NCBI GenBank assembly: GCA_017547885.1
Contig: JAFYOP010000004.1
Coordinates: 195,287-259,286 of the forward strand
Length of the DNA: 64,000 bases
Direction of reading: 5' to 3'
Source: Clostridia bacterium
GTDB lineage: Bacteria > Bacillota > Clostridia > Christensenellales > CAG-138
Shown here: one piece after another, positions 36,823 through 45,630 of the stretch
Numbering within the stretch: position 1 is the stretch's first letter
Layout: each line of letters opens with the position of its first letter
Position numbers and translations under genes: made by a program
The notes under the pieces: generated by a model
The model's input: only the letters and a program-made list of their open reading frames with translations
What the model was told of the DNA's origin: nothing
The model's database searches: none

Positions 36823-37776
36823 TTACCCCATGTAATACATATCCTCGCCGGGCAGTGTGCCGCCTACGGACTGGGGATTGGCGGCGTGGAGCATGGACAG
36901 CATGCCGCTTACCATGGCCTTCATATCCTCACCGGTAACGCAGACTATGTTGCAGTTGGGTATTGCCTTTTCGGCAAGCCGGGCGGAGGCCATTATGCCG
37001 TAGGCTTCAATCAGCGCAGCGGCCTCGGCAGGGTGTTCGACCGCATATGCGGCGGATTCCGCATAGTCCTTCAGGAAGGCTTCAACCGCCTTGGGATGTG
37101 CCTCGGCAAAGTCGCGGCGAACCACCAGACAGCCCTGTACCAGCTCTGCGTCGGATACCTTGCTCCATTCCTCGGTAATGTCCAGCACTATGCGGGCGCC
37201 CTCTGTCTTGCTGAGCACAGTGGTCACAAAGGGCTCAGGTACTATGATAACATCCACATTGCCTGCGGCCATCTGGGTAACAGCCTCGGCATGTTCGGCA
37301 GCGTATTCTATATCCACCTGACCGGCAAGGCCGTTCTGCTCTATAAGGTGATTTACGATATACTCAGGAGTGCTGCCCTGGCCTGCGGCAAGTATCTTTT
37401 TGCCTGCAAGGTCGGCAAAGGAGCGGATGCTTTCTCCCCTTTCCACAACATACAGCACGCCAAGGGTGTTTACGGCGGCGGTGAGCACCTGGCCTTCGGT
37501 TTTATTGTAAAGGACGGAGGCAAGGTTTACGGGCACCGCGGCGATCTGTATATCTCCTGAGATGAGCCCGCCGGATACCTGATCCGGGCTGCCTGCGAAG
37601 GTAACGGACAGAGGATAGTCAAGCCTGCCATCCAGCGCGCGGGAGTTGAGCTGGGCAATGCCCATGCCGGTGGGGCCGTTCATGGCGGCGGCGTTTATGG
37701 GGGTATCCTCAGCCTTGGCGCAGGCGGTAAGGATAATAAGAAGCAGTGCGAGAGTGAACAGCAGGGCTTTATTCAT
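36823..37776 (-). CDS. ABC transporter substrate-binding lipoprotein (NMT1/THI5-like)
   Basis: Lipobox LTAC. NMT1-like fold inferred from AGQGSTPEY and overall pattern. Lies in an operon with the permease and ATPase. Confidence 0.8.
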   Translation of the reverse strand: MNKALLFTLALLLIILTACAKAEDTPINAAAMNGPTGMGIAQLNSRALDGRLDYPLSVTFAGSPDQVSGGLISGDIQIAAVPVNLASVLYNKTEGQVLTAAVNTLGVLYVVERGESIRSFADLAGKKILAAGQGSTPEYIVNHLIEQNGLAGQVDIEYAAEHAEAVTQMAAGNVDVIIVPEPFVTTVLSKTEGARIVLDITEEWSKVSDAELVQGCLVVRRDFAEAHPKAVEAFLKDYAESAAYAVEHPAEAAALIEAYGIMASARLAEKAIPNCNIVCVTGEDMKAMVSGMLSMLHAANPQSVGGTLPGEDMYYMG

Positions 37777-37803
37777 GGCTGTGGTTCCTTTTTTGTGTGT
37801 GGA

Positions 37804-38460
37804 TTAAATGTCTTTTAGTATGCGAATTACGCGGCCCTTACGGGATATGGTGCCTTCGGCCTCCATTGCGTCCAGGGTACGGTACAGTGAGGCACGCCCA
37901 ACGCCCAGATATTCCGCAAATTCCGTAAGGCTGCAGGGAAGGGTAACGGTGCATATGCCGTTTTCCGTCTTTGCGTTTTCTTCAAGGTAGAGATGCAAAC
38001 GGCTGGATGCGGTGTAGCCTGCAAGGGAGGTTATCTTCTTGTTGAGGAACACCACCCGTCCCACCAGAAATTCCGTCATGTTGACGGCGAATGTCCCGCC
38101 CTTTGATATGGCATCATACAGCGCGCCGCCGGAAACGTGCAGCGCTTTACAGCCGCCGGGGGCAGTAAGCCTGCTCATGCTGTCGCAGCGGGACAGAGCA
38201 GAGGCGGCGTTTACCGCTTCGGGCGGCAGCGCCTCCCGCATGAGGATGCTGCGGCCGTCAGAGGCGGGTTTTTCTATCAGCACGCGGCCGGAAAGCAGTA
38301 TTATCATGCCGTCGGACGGCAGAACTGTTCCGGGGGGATAGTCACAAAGGCTGCAGCCGGTATGTTTCAGCAGAGTGGCAAGCTCTGCCTTTTCCATGCC
38401 TGCAAACAGCGGACAGGCGGATATGGTATCCGTGTAGATATTTATTTCTGCGGGGGTCAT
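37804..38460 (-). CDS. Crp/Fnr family transcriptional regulator
   Basis: N-terminal cNMP-binding-like barrel and C-terminal HTH LTEFAEYLGVGRASLYRTLDAMEAEG. Confidence 0.85.
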   Translation of the reverse strand: MTPAEINIYTDTISACPLFAGMEKAELATLLKHTGCSLCDYPPGTVLPSDGMIILLSGRVLIEKPASDGRSILMREALPPEAVNAASALSRCDSMSRLTAPGGCKALHVSGGALYDAISKGGTFAVNMTEFLVGRVVFLNKKITSLAGYTASSRLHLYLEENAKTENGICTVTLPCSLTEFAEYLGVGRASLYRTLDAMEAEGTISRKGRVIRILKDI

Positions 38461-38477
38461 GCAATCTCCAAATTACC

Positions 38478-38509
38478 ATTATAATTGTCTCACCTGAGAC
38501 AATTATAAT
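38478..38509. promoter_or_regulatory. Perfect 32-bp palindrome (15-bp arms) in the Crp/Fnr-family gene's upstream region
   Basis: ATTATAATTGTCTCA-CC-TGAGACAATTATAAT, 18 nt upstream of the regulator ATG. Each arm contains TATAAT. Confidence 0.7.
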
Positions 38510-38673
38510 ATATTTTACCGGTGATCTTATGTCAATACTGTATTCGTATGCCAAATGGCCATTTAATGCAAACAAACTGAAAACACAGTGTATCATATAA
38601 GGCACGGGGCTTTTATTCAGATTGCGGTATGGTATAATATAAAAATAGAAATAATGGGAAAAGGAGCATATAT

Positions 38674-39066
38674 ATGGAACAGAATTACGTATGGAAGGAC
38701 AGAAAGCGCATAATATTCGGCCTGCCCTGGACCTTTACCCGCTATTATCTTACCGAAGAGAAGCTTATAATAGACACCGGTTTTCTCAGCCGCAAGGAAG
38801 AGGAAATACGCCTGTACCGCATACTGGATATTACCCTCAAGCGCCCTCTGGGGCAGCGGCTGTGGGGCCTTGGCACAGTACACCTTTGCACCGCAGACAA
38901 AACCACCCCCGAAATGGATGTGAAGCGTGTAAAGAACTCCAGAGAGTTCAAAGAGCTGCTCAGCGATCTGGTGGAAAAGGAGCGCAATGAAAAGCGCATT
39001 GCCGGCCGCGAGTATATGATGGCGGATGACGGCGATTTTGACGGCGTGGACGACGATATAATGTAA
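38674..39066 (+). CDS. Bacterial PH-domain (bPH_2/YdbS-like) protein
   Basis: IRLYRILDITLKRPLGQRLWGLGTV pattern. AAAGGAG precedes the ATG. Confidence 0.7.
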   Translation: MEQNYVWKDRKRIIFGLPWTFTRYYLTEEKLIIDTGFLSRKEEEIRLYRILDITLKRPLGQRLWGLGTVHLCTADKTTPEMDVKRVKNSREFKELLSDLVEKERNEKRIAGREYMMADDGDFDGVDDDIM

Positions 39067-39077
39067 TGCTGATATGA

Positions 39078-39108
39078 TAAAAGCTCCCTGTGAAAAGGGA
39101 GCTTTTGT
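39078..39108 (+). terminator. Rho-independent terminator
   Basis: AAAAGCTCCCT-GTGAAA-AGGGAGCTTTT. Confidence 0.75.
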
Positions 39109-39179
39109 GATTAGTGGAAGATGTGGGTAACACCCCCGTTGCACCCATGCATCAAAAAAAGCCCCCGAATACTGGGGGC

Positions 39180-39245
39180 TTTGGCACCCGGTAGGGGAGT
39201 CCCCCCGCCACTGGGGCAGTGTCGGGGCCAGCCCGGGGAACTAAA
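39180..39245 (-). pseudogene. Degenerate tRNA-Glu-like remnant (intact 3' acceptor/T-arm half, decayed 5' part)
   Basis: 39180-39201 is a perfect 22-nt copy of 39357-39378 (the tRNA 3' end plus 2 nt). Upstream sequence GACACTGCCCCAGTGGCGGGG resembles a damaged anticodon arm. It has its own terminator hairpin (39158-39182). Confidence 0.4.
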
Positions 39246-39320
39246 AAACCATTCACAGGATGGTTTTTTACCTGCCTGCGGGCAGGCCGTTCCCTTCGAC
39301 TCCCCTACCTGTTTATTGCA

Positions 39321-39356
39321 AAAACAAAACAACCCCCATGAATGGGAGTTGTTTTA
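39321..39356 (-). terminator. Terminator following tRNA-Glu
   Basis: Minus strand AACAACTCCCA-TTCA-TGGGGGTTGTT followed by TTGTTTTT. Confidence 0.6.
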
Positions 39357-39358
39357 TT

Positions 39359-39434
39359 TGGCACCCGGTAGGGGAGTCGAACCCCTGTTCCCGCCGTGAG
39401 AGGGCGGTGTCCTAGGCCACTAGACGAACCGAGC
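39359..39434 (-). tRNA. tRNA-Glu (anticodon CUC), CCA encoded
   Basis: Reverse complement GCTCGGTTCGTCTAGTGGCCTAGGACACCGCCCTCTCACGGCGGGAACAGGGGTTCGACTCCCCTACCGGGTGCCA folds as a cloverleaf. Anticodon loop is CU-CUC-AC. D-loop and anticodon stem are typical of tRNA-Glu. Confidence 0.9.
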
Positions 39435-39597
39435 ACATAAGCTACGCATTCCATTATACAGTTTTTTTTGAATCTGTCAACAACTTTTTTGACGGTTTTT
39501 GCAATGGTATTGTTATGCCCGTGTAAAGGATGTTTTTCCCTGTTGTATGTGGTATAATATATTAAATCAAATCACTTTATGCAGGAGATGATCCGAT

Positions 39598-40194
39598 ATG
39601 AATTATGCGCCAATGCTGGTATACGTTCTTGTGGCGTGCATTACTCCGGGACCAAACAACATAATGGCTATGTATCTTTCCGCCCACTATGGCTTTAAGG
39701 GTGCAAGGAAATTCATGATAGGCAGCGGCACGGGCTTTACCGTAAAGATGCTGCTTTGCGGCGGCCTTAATCTTGTGCTGGCAGAGGCCATACCTGCGGC
39801 TGTGCCCTATGTAAAATGGATAGGCGCGGCGTATATGCTTTACCTTGCCCTGCATATGCTGCTGGATGGCTTCAAGCCACAGCAGGAGGAGCAGGACGAC
39901 GGCATACAGAATGGTGAATCCACCTACAAGAGCGGCATACTGCTGCAGTGCCTCAATATAAAGAGCTGGGTGTTTGCCCTGAGCCTGTTCTCTATTTATG
40001 TGGTGCCGTATGATACATCCTTCAGGGCTATCATAATAGGTACTCTTATTGCCGTTGCGGCAATGGTGGCAAGTACTCTTCTGTGGGCGGCATTCGGCAG
40101 CGCCATACGCAGAGTATACAAGCAGCATATCAAGTTCTTCAGCGTGCTGATGGCGGCATCTCTGGTATGGTGCGCTGTTACTGCGGTATTATAA
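39598..40194 (+). CDS. LysE/RhtB family amino-acid exporter
   Basis: N-terminal ITPGPNN motif and six TM segments. Confidence 0.85.
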   Translation: MNYAPMLVYVLVACITPGPNNIMAMYLSAHYGFKGARKFMIGSGTGFTVKMLLCGGLNLVLAEAIPAAVPYVKWIGAAYMLYLALHMLLDGFKPQQEEQDDGIQNGESTYKSGILLQCLNIKSWVFALSLFSIYVVPYDTSFRAIIIGTLIAVAAMVASTLLWAAFGSAIRRVYKQHIKFFSVLMAASLVWCAVTAVL

Positions 40195-40235
40195 TATCGC
40201 GGAGAAAACATATTTTTTACAGGAGGATATGAGAG

Positions 40236-40763
40236 ATGAAAAAACTGCTGGTGGTTATAGATTATCAGAATGACTTTGTAGACGGCTCTCTGGGCTTTGA
40301 CGGAGCGGAAAAGCTGGATGCGCCCATTGCGGAGCGCATACGTCAGTATCGTGCCGATGGGTATGATGTGGCCTTTACCAGAGATACCCACTATCAGGAT
40401 TACCTTGAAACTCAGGAGGGGAAAAAGCTGCCCGTGGTGCACTGCATAAAGGGCACAAAGGGCTGGGAAATATACGGCGAGACAGCAAAGGAAGTGCGGG
40501 AGGGGGACGAGATAATAGACAAGCCCACCTTTGGCAGCATGGCCCTTGGCGAGTATGCAATTGAGGGTGAATATGATGAAATAGAGCTGGTGGGTCTTGT
40601 ATCCAATATCTGCGTGATGACCAACGCCGCAATACTTAAGACTGCCCTTCCCGAGGCAATCGTTACCGTAAATGCGGCCCTTACAGCGTCTCACGATCCC
40701 GATATGAACCGCAAGGCGCTGGACGTTCTTGAAGGCATACAGGTAAACGTGATAAACCGATAA
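40236..40763 (+). CDS. Isochorismatase-family cysteine hydrolase (nicotinamidase-like)
   Basis: LLVVIDYQNDFV, and LVGLVSNICV containing the catalytic Cys. Confidence 0.85.
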   Translation: MKKLLVVIDYQNDFVDGSLGFDGAEKLDAPIAERIRQYRADGYDVAFTRDTHYQDYLETQEGKKLPVVHCIKGTKGWEIYGETAKEVREGDEIIDKPTFGSMALGEYAIEGEYDEIELVGLVSNICVMTNAAILKTALPEAIVTVNAALTASHDPDMNRKALDVLEGIQVNVINR

Positions 40764-40773
40764 GGAGGACGCC

Positions 40774-41298
40774 ATGACCAATACTGTACTGGACGCACTG
40801 AAAAGCAGGCGAAGCATACGTCAATACAAGGCAGAGCAGATAACCGATGAGGAGCTGAACGCGGTTCTTGAGGCGGGTACTTTTGCCCCCACCGGCATGA
40901 ACCGTCAGTCTCCCCTGATGGTGGTTGTGCAGGATGCGGAAACCATTGCAAAGCTTTCCCGCATGAACGCCGCCGTAATGGGCCAGACGGAGGGGGATCC
41001 CTTCTACGGCGCTCCTACTGTAGTTATAGTGCTGGCGGACAGCGAAAATTACAACGGCTTTGCGGATGGCTGCCTTGTGATGGGCAACCTTATGAACGCC
41101 GCATATGCCGTGGGGTTGGGTTCATGCTGGATAAACCGCGCCCGCGAAATGTTTGAAACCGAAGAGGGCAGGGCTATGCTGAGGGCATGGGGCATAGATG
41201 ACAAATATACAGGTGTGGGCAACTGCATACTGGGCTATCCTGACTGCCCCCATCCCGAGGCAAAGCCCCGCAAGGAAAACTACGTGGTCAGGGTATAA
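40774..41298 (+). CDS. Nitroreductase family protein
   Basis: RRSIRQY...APTGMNRQ motif. Confidence 0.9.
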   Translation: MTNTVLDALKSRRSIRQYKAEQITDEELNAVLEAGTFAPTGMNRQSPLMVVVQDAETIAKLSRMNAAVMGQTEGDPFYGAPTVVIVLADSENYNGFADGCLVMGNLMNAAYAVGLGSCWINRAREMFETEEGRAMLRAWGIDDKYTGVGNCILGYPDCPHPEAKPRKENYVVRV

Positions 41299-43321
41299 AA
41301 AGCCTTACCGCCAAATTAAACACAAAGCACAGAGCCATTCCTATAATAGCGGGAGTGAGTATGGAGACCAGAGTCCACTTAAGGCTTCCGGTCTCTTTTT
41401 TTATGGTCATGCAGGTGGTGGCGCAGGGCCAGTGCATAAGGGAAAACAGCAGCATGGACACGGCTGTGGTCCAGCTCCAGCCGTTTTGTATCAGCAGCGC
41501 TCTCAGCTGCTCAAGGCCTGTGTAGTCTATAAGGGTTCCCTGCGCCATGTAAGCCATAAGCATTACAGGTATCACTATCTCGTTGGCAGGAAAGCCCAAT
41601 ATAAAGGCCATAAGTATGACCCCGTCCAGCCCAAGGAGCCTTGCAAAGGGATCGAGAAAAGCCGAACAATGGCTGAGGAGGGATATACCGCCGGGCTGCA
41701 GGTTTGCCATGAGCCATATGATAAGGCCTGCGGGCGCGGCGGCGCACACCGCCCTGCCCAGCACAAATACGGTTCTGTCCAGCACAGAGCGTATTATTAC
41801 CTTGCCGATCTGCGGGGGACGGTATGGGGGCAGCTCCAGCGTAAAGGAGGAAGGAACGCCCTTAAGAAGCGTTGCGGACAGCAGACGAGATACCCCAAAG
41901 GTCATAAGTATGCCCAGCAGGATAACCCCTGTCAGCAGCAGAGCGGAGGTGACCGAAGACCTGAAGCCACCCCGGGCGGATACAAAAAACATGGATATTA
42001 TGGCGATGAGGGTGGGAAAGCGTCCGTTGCATGGCACAAAGCTGTTGGTGATAACGGCAATGAGCCGTTCCCGGGGAGAGTCTATTATGCGGCAGCCTGT
42101 GACGCCCACCGCATTGCAGCCAAACCCCATGCACATGGTCAGGGCCTGCTTGCCGCAGGCACGGCAGCCTTTGAAGCATCTGTCCAGATTGAAGGCCACC
42201 CGGGGAAGATAGCCAAGGTCCTCAAGAAGGGTAAAAAGAGGGAAGAATATTGCCATGGGAGGCAGCATCACCGCCACTACCCATGCAACCACGCGGTATA
42301 CCCCAAGCAGCAGCATTTCATAAAGCCAGGGGGGGAGTACTGTATGTTGACATACTTCGAGCAACCTGTCCTGTAGGCCGAAAAGAAGGCTGCTCAAAAG
42401 CTGTGATGGGTAGTTGGCCCCGATAATGGTAAGCCACAGAATGCCTGCCAAAAGCAGCAGCATGGCAGGGAAACCAAGCACAGGCCCCGTCAGCAGCCTG
42501 TCTATGCGCCTATCCCGGGAAAATGACGAAATCTGTCGACATACGGTATTGCAGCATATATAGTGCGCAAGTCCAGATATTTCGGCGGTTATCTGATCAT
42601 TTACGGCCTGAATATCCATCCCTTTTTCGAGGAGCTCATTACGGGTGGATCCCAACTGCTTTTTTAGTGCAAAATCGTCATTTCCCGGGTAATTTGTGCC
42701 GTCCAGAAGGCGGAGGGCGATGTATTTTCGCTGTGCTTTGTTTCGCTCCGGGATAAAGGGCGTAAGCCGATTCACCGCTTCGCTTATTGGCTGGGGATAG
42801 CTTGGACGAAGGGGTGTGTTTTCCGCCTTGAGGGCGTTGTCTATGGCGGGAAGTATCAGGGAGGGACCTTCCTTTGAGCGGGCGGTAAGGCCCACCACAG
42901 GTACGCCCAGCCTGTGGCTGAGGCGTGGCAGGTCGATGGATATGCCGTTGCGCTTTGCCTCGTCCATAAGGTTTACGCATACCAGCACCCTGTCCGTCAT
43001 CTCAAGGGTCTGCAGCACAAGGTTAAGGTTGCGCTCCAGACAGGTTGCGTCGCATACCACGATGATAAGGTCCGCTGCTCCTGACAGTATGTAGTCACGT
43101 GCCACCTCTTCCTCAGCGGAATGTGCCATCAGGGAATAGCAGCCGGGCAGGTCCACCATGAGATAATCCCGCCCATTATAGGAAAAGCTGCCCTCTGCCC
43201 GGGCAACGGTTTTGCCGGGCCAGTTGCCTGTGTGCTGGCGCATGCCGGTAAGGGCGTTGAACAGCGTGCTTTTGCCAACGTTGGGGTTGCCCATGAGGGC
43301 GATGGTGGTCACATCTCCCAT
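41288..43321 (-). CDS. feoB: Ferrous iron transporter FeoB
   Basis: N-terminal G-domain GNPNVGKST...DLPG followed by a polytopic membrane domain. Confidence 0.95.
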   Translation of the reverse strand: MGDVTTIALMGNPNVGKSTLFNALTGMRQHTGNWPGKTVARAEGSFSYNGRDYLMVDLPGCYSLMAHSAEEEVARDYILSGAADLIIVVCDATCLERNLNLVLQTLEMTDRVLVCVNLMDEAKRNGISIDLPRLSHRLGVPVVGLTARSKEGPSLILPAIDNALKAENTPLRPSYPQPISEAVNRLTPFIPERNKAQRKYIALRLLDGTNYPGNDDFALKKQLGSTRNELLEKGMDIQAVNDQITAEISGLAHYICCNTVCRQISSFSRDRRIDRLLTGPVLGFPAMLLLLAGILWLTIIGANYPSQLLSSLLFGLQDRLLEVCQHTVLPPWLYEMLLLGVYRVVAWVVAVMLPPMAIFFPLFTLLEDLGYLPRVAFNLDRCFKGCRACGKQALTMCMGFGCNAVGVTGCRIIDSPRERLIAVITNSFVPCNGRFPTLIAIISMFFVSARGGFRSSVTSALLLTGVILLGILMTFGVSRLLSATLLKGVPSSFTLELPPYRPPQIGKVIIRSVLDRTVFVLGRAVCAAAPAGLIIWLMANLQPGGISLLSHCSAFLDPFARLLGLDGVILMAFILGFPANEIVIPVMLMAYMAQGTLIDYTGLEQLRALLIQNGWSWTTAVSMLLFSLMHWPCATTCMTIKKETGSLKWTLVSILTPAIIGMALCFVFNLAVRLFIP

Positions 43322-43554
43322 GTGCGTATCTCCTCGACGGTCACGGAAGCCGCATCCTCACGGCGCAGCGCTATTACCGCCCCCTTAATAAGGTATGCCA
43401 CCGGGTCGCCCAGAGGACTTTTCATAAGGCATTCCACCTCAGCCCCTTCTACAAGGCCTATGTCCCTCAGCCGTCTTCTTATGCTGCCCTGAGCGTGCAT
43501 GCCGGATACAACGGCGGTATCGCCGGGAGAAATATCGCACAGTCTGTTTTTCAT
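43309..43554 (-). CDS. feoA: FeoA family protein
   Basis: SH3-like LRDIGLVEGAEVECL. ATG at 43554 follows GGAGG. Overlaps the feoB start. Confidence 0.85.
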   Translation of the reverse strand: MKNRLCDISPGDTAVVSGMHAQGSIRRRLRDIGLVEGAEVECLMKSPLGDPVAYLIKGAVIALRREDAASVTVEEIRTWEM

Positions 43555-43668
43555 ACTGTCTGCCTCCAAAGCTTTCTATGGATTAATACACAATATGATA
43601 TTCTACACATATGCATACTGTTACATATAAAGGCCGCTCCAATGGAACGGCCTTTATATGTATTGCGG

Positions 43669-43914
43669 TTATTTGCTTATAAGGTATTGGGCTTTTTCGT
43701 AGTCGTTTCGATGAACGTATATTGTGTACTGGCAGGCAAGGCCGGGGTTTTGTCCATAGGTGCCGGTGCGGCCGCGGGCATAGCTTACGGAGGAATTGCT
43801 TTTGGTTTTTATGCGGTAATCAATTCCGTTTTGCGAAAGTATGCTACGGAATTTAGCCTGAGCGTCCATGCTGAAGGTGGTTATAAGCTCGCGTCTGTTG
43901 AACAGGGTTATCAT
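43669..43914 (-). CDS. Small conserved-looking hypothetical protein (81 aa)
   Basis: Last gene of the thrC-apgM-ACT minus-strand unit, followed by a hairpin terminator (43628-43660). No family recognised. Confidence 0.45.
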   Translation of the reverse strand: MITLFNRRELITTFSMDAQAKFRSILSQNGIDYRIKTKSNSSVSYARGRTGTYGQNPGLACQYTIYVHRNDYEKAQYLISK

Positions 43915-43948
43915 GGAAAAACTCCTTTATTTCTGCATGGAAGCTTAC

Positions 43949-44386
43949 CTATTCTATTGCAACCAGCTTTGCGCTGCGTACGCCCTTAAGGGTAAGCAGC
44001 TGGGCAACTATTGCCTCGGTGGTCATGGATATGTTGGTCATATCCACAGACAGCACTACGCTTGCTATGCCGTGAATGGGCAGGCTCTGGGTGATGGTAA
44101 GTATGTTTGCCCCCATGCCTGAAAAGCCGTTGAGCACCTCGCTGAGTATGCCCTGCTCGTGGGACAGCATCATGGAGAATACGGCCTTTTTGCAGGCGGT
44201 GTCGTTGCTGGGAGAGAAGATATAGTCCTTGTACTTGTAATAGGTGCTGCGGGATATACCCACCAGCTTTACCGCTTCGCTTACCTCATGCACCCTGCCC
44301 TCACGGAGCATGTTGCGGGCTTCCACTACTTTTTCGTAGTAGTCGGGAAGTATTCGCTTATCTACTATAAGATAATTGCTCTGCAT
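43949..44386 (-). CDS. ACT-domain protein (UPF0735/PheB-like) with N-terminal HTH-like segment
   Basis: VSEAVKLVGISRSTYYKYKDY followed by an ACT fold (FSMMLSHEQGILSEVL...). Confidence 0.75.
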   Translation of the reverse strand: MQSNYLIVDKRILPDYYEKVVEARNMLREGRVHEVSEAVKLVGISRSTYYKYKDYIFSPSNDTACKKAVFSMMLSHEQGILSEVLNGFSGMGANILTITQSLPIHGIASVVLSVDMTNISMTTEAIVAQLLTLKGVRSAKLVAIE

Positions 44387-44397
44387 TTGGATACCTC

Positions 44398-45612
44398 CTA
44401 AAAATCCAGCCCGGTAAACTTCTTCATCAGGGTATAGCCTTCCTCCACATGGAGGCCGCAGGCAGCGGCGGAGGCTTCGGTGTAAACTGCGGGGCCCTGA
44501 CGCTCAGCGTCACACCTGTACAGCACAAAGGGTACGGGGTCTGTGGAGTGGGTGCGTATCTCAATGGGGGTGGGATGATCCGGCAGCAGCATTATGGCGT
44601 AGTTTTCGCCTGCAGCACTGAGCCCATCCTGCAGATAGCCCAGTATATCCTTGTCGATTGCCTCGATGGCATCTATCTTGCACTGCACGTCTCCTGCATG
44701 TCCGCTTTCATCGGGGGCTTCAACGTGGATGTATACAAAGTCCACATCCGACTTGAGCAGCTCAAGGGCTGCTCTGCCCTTTGCGGCAAAGTCTGTGCGC
44801 TTGGCGCCTGTAGCTCCCTCAACAAAGGGAACCTTCATGCCGGCGCATATGCCAAGGCCTTTGATAAGGTCAACGGCGCATACCACGCCGCCCTTAAGGC
44901 CGTAAAGCTCCTCAAAGGGGGAAAGTGCGGGCTTTGTGCCCTCGCCCCAGAACCAGCATGTATTGGCGGGATTTTCGCCCTTAGCTATGCGGGCAAGGTT
45001 TACGGGGTGGTTTTTCAGCAGCTCATGGGAATCCAGCATGAACTTTGTAAGCCTTTCACCGTAGCGTCCCTTGGGAAGACAGCCCCGGACAGGCTTGCCG
45101 GTGATATCGTGGGGAGGGGTAAGGTCTGTGCCTACCTGAGCATCCTTTATCACCAGACAGTGGCGGTAGCTTATGCCGGTATACAGGCGCATGTCGTCGG
45201 TATTGAGATGCTGCGCCACATATTCCACCAGCTCCTTTGCTTCCTCGGTGGATATTTCGTCTGAGGAGTAGTCTATCATGGTCTTGTCATTATAGTCTTC
45301 CTCATCGGATACGGTGGAAATATTGCAGCGTATAGCTATGTCGTCGGGGCCAAGGTCAATGCCCATGCTGACAGCTTCCAATGGAGAACGGCCACGGTAG
45401 TATATGGCGGGGTCATAGCCCATTACCGCAAGGTTTGCTATATCGGACTGGGGGTGCATGCCCTCGGGTATGGTGCGGGCTGTGCCGCATACGCCGCCGT
45501 TTGCAAGGGCATCCATGTGGGGCTTGTGAGCCACTTCCATGGGGGTTTTGTTGCCGAGTTCTGGTATGGGTCTGTCAGCCATGCCGTCGCAGAGCAGTAC
45601 GATGTATTTCAT
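44398..45612 (-). CDS. Cofactor-independent phosphoglycerate mutase-like (ApgM family) protein
   Basis: MKYIVLLCDGMADRP...KTPMEVA..PHMD N-terminus and DESGHAGD metal site. Confidence 0.85.
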   Translation of the reverse strand: MKYIVLLCDGMADRPIPELGNKTPMEVAHKPHMDALANGGVCGTARTIPEGMHPQSDIANLAVMGYDPAIYYRGRSPLEAVSMGIDLGPDDIAIRCNISTVSDEEDYNDKTMIDYSSDEISTEEAKELVEYVAQHLNTDDMRLYTGISYRHCLVIKDAQVGTDLTPPHDITGKPVRGCLPKGRYGERLTKFMLDSHELLKNHPVNLARIAKGENPANTCWFWGEGTKPALSPFEELYGLKGGVVCAVDLIKGLGICAGMKVPFVEGATGAKRTDFAAKGRAALELLKSDVDFVYIHVEAPDESGHAGDVQCKIDAIEAIDKDILGYLQDGLSAAGENYAIMLLPDHPTPIEIRTHSTDPVPFVLYRCDAERQGPAVYTEASAAACGLHVEEGYTLMKKFTGLDF

Positions 45613-45630
45613 AGGCGGTATCCTTTCTGT

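Noticed and set aside
38617-39144. A 175-aa minus-strand ORF overlapping the PH-domain gene.
   Set aside because: The plus-strand gene has a good ribosome-binding site, a terminator and a recognisable bPH-type sequence. The antisense ORF has none of these.
39121-39300. tRNA-Sec (selC) or another functional tRNA in the repeat region next to tRNA-Glu.
   Set aside because: There is no UCA anticodon loop, no long variable arm and no 8-bp acceptor stem. The T-stem of the copy is deleted (GGCGGGGGGACTCCCC instead of GGCGGGAACAGGGGTTCGACTCCCC), so no cloverleaf can form.
43581-43603. Fur box upstream of feoA.
   Set aside because: GATTAATACACAATATGATATTC has only a loose resemblance to the GATAATGATAATCATTATC consensus. 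The region is generally AT-rich, so this is not distinguishable from chance by eye.
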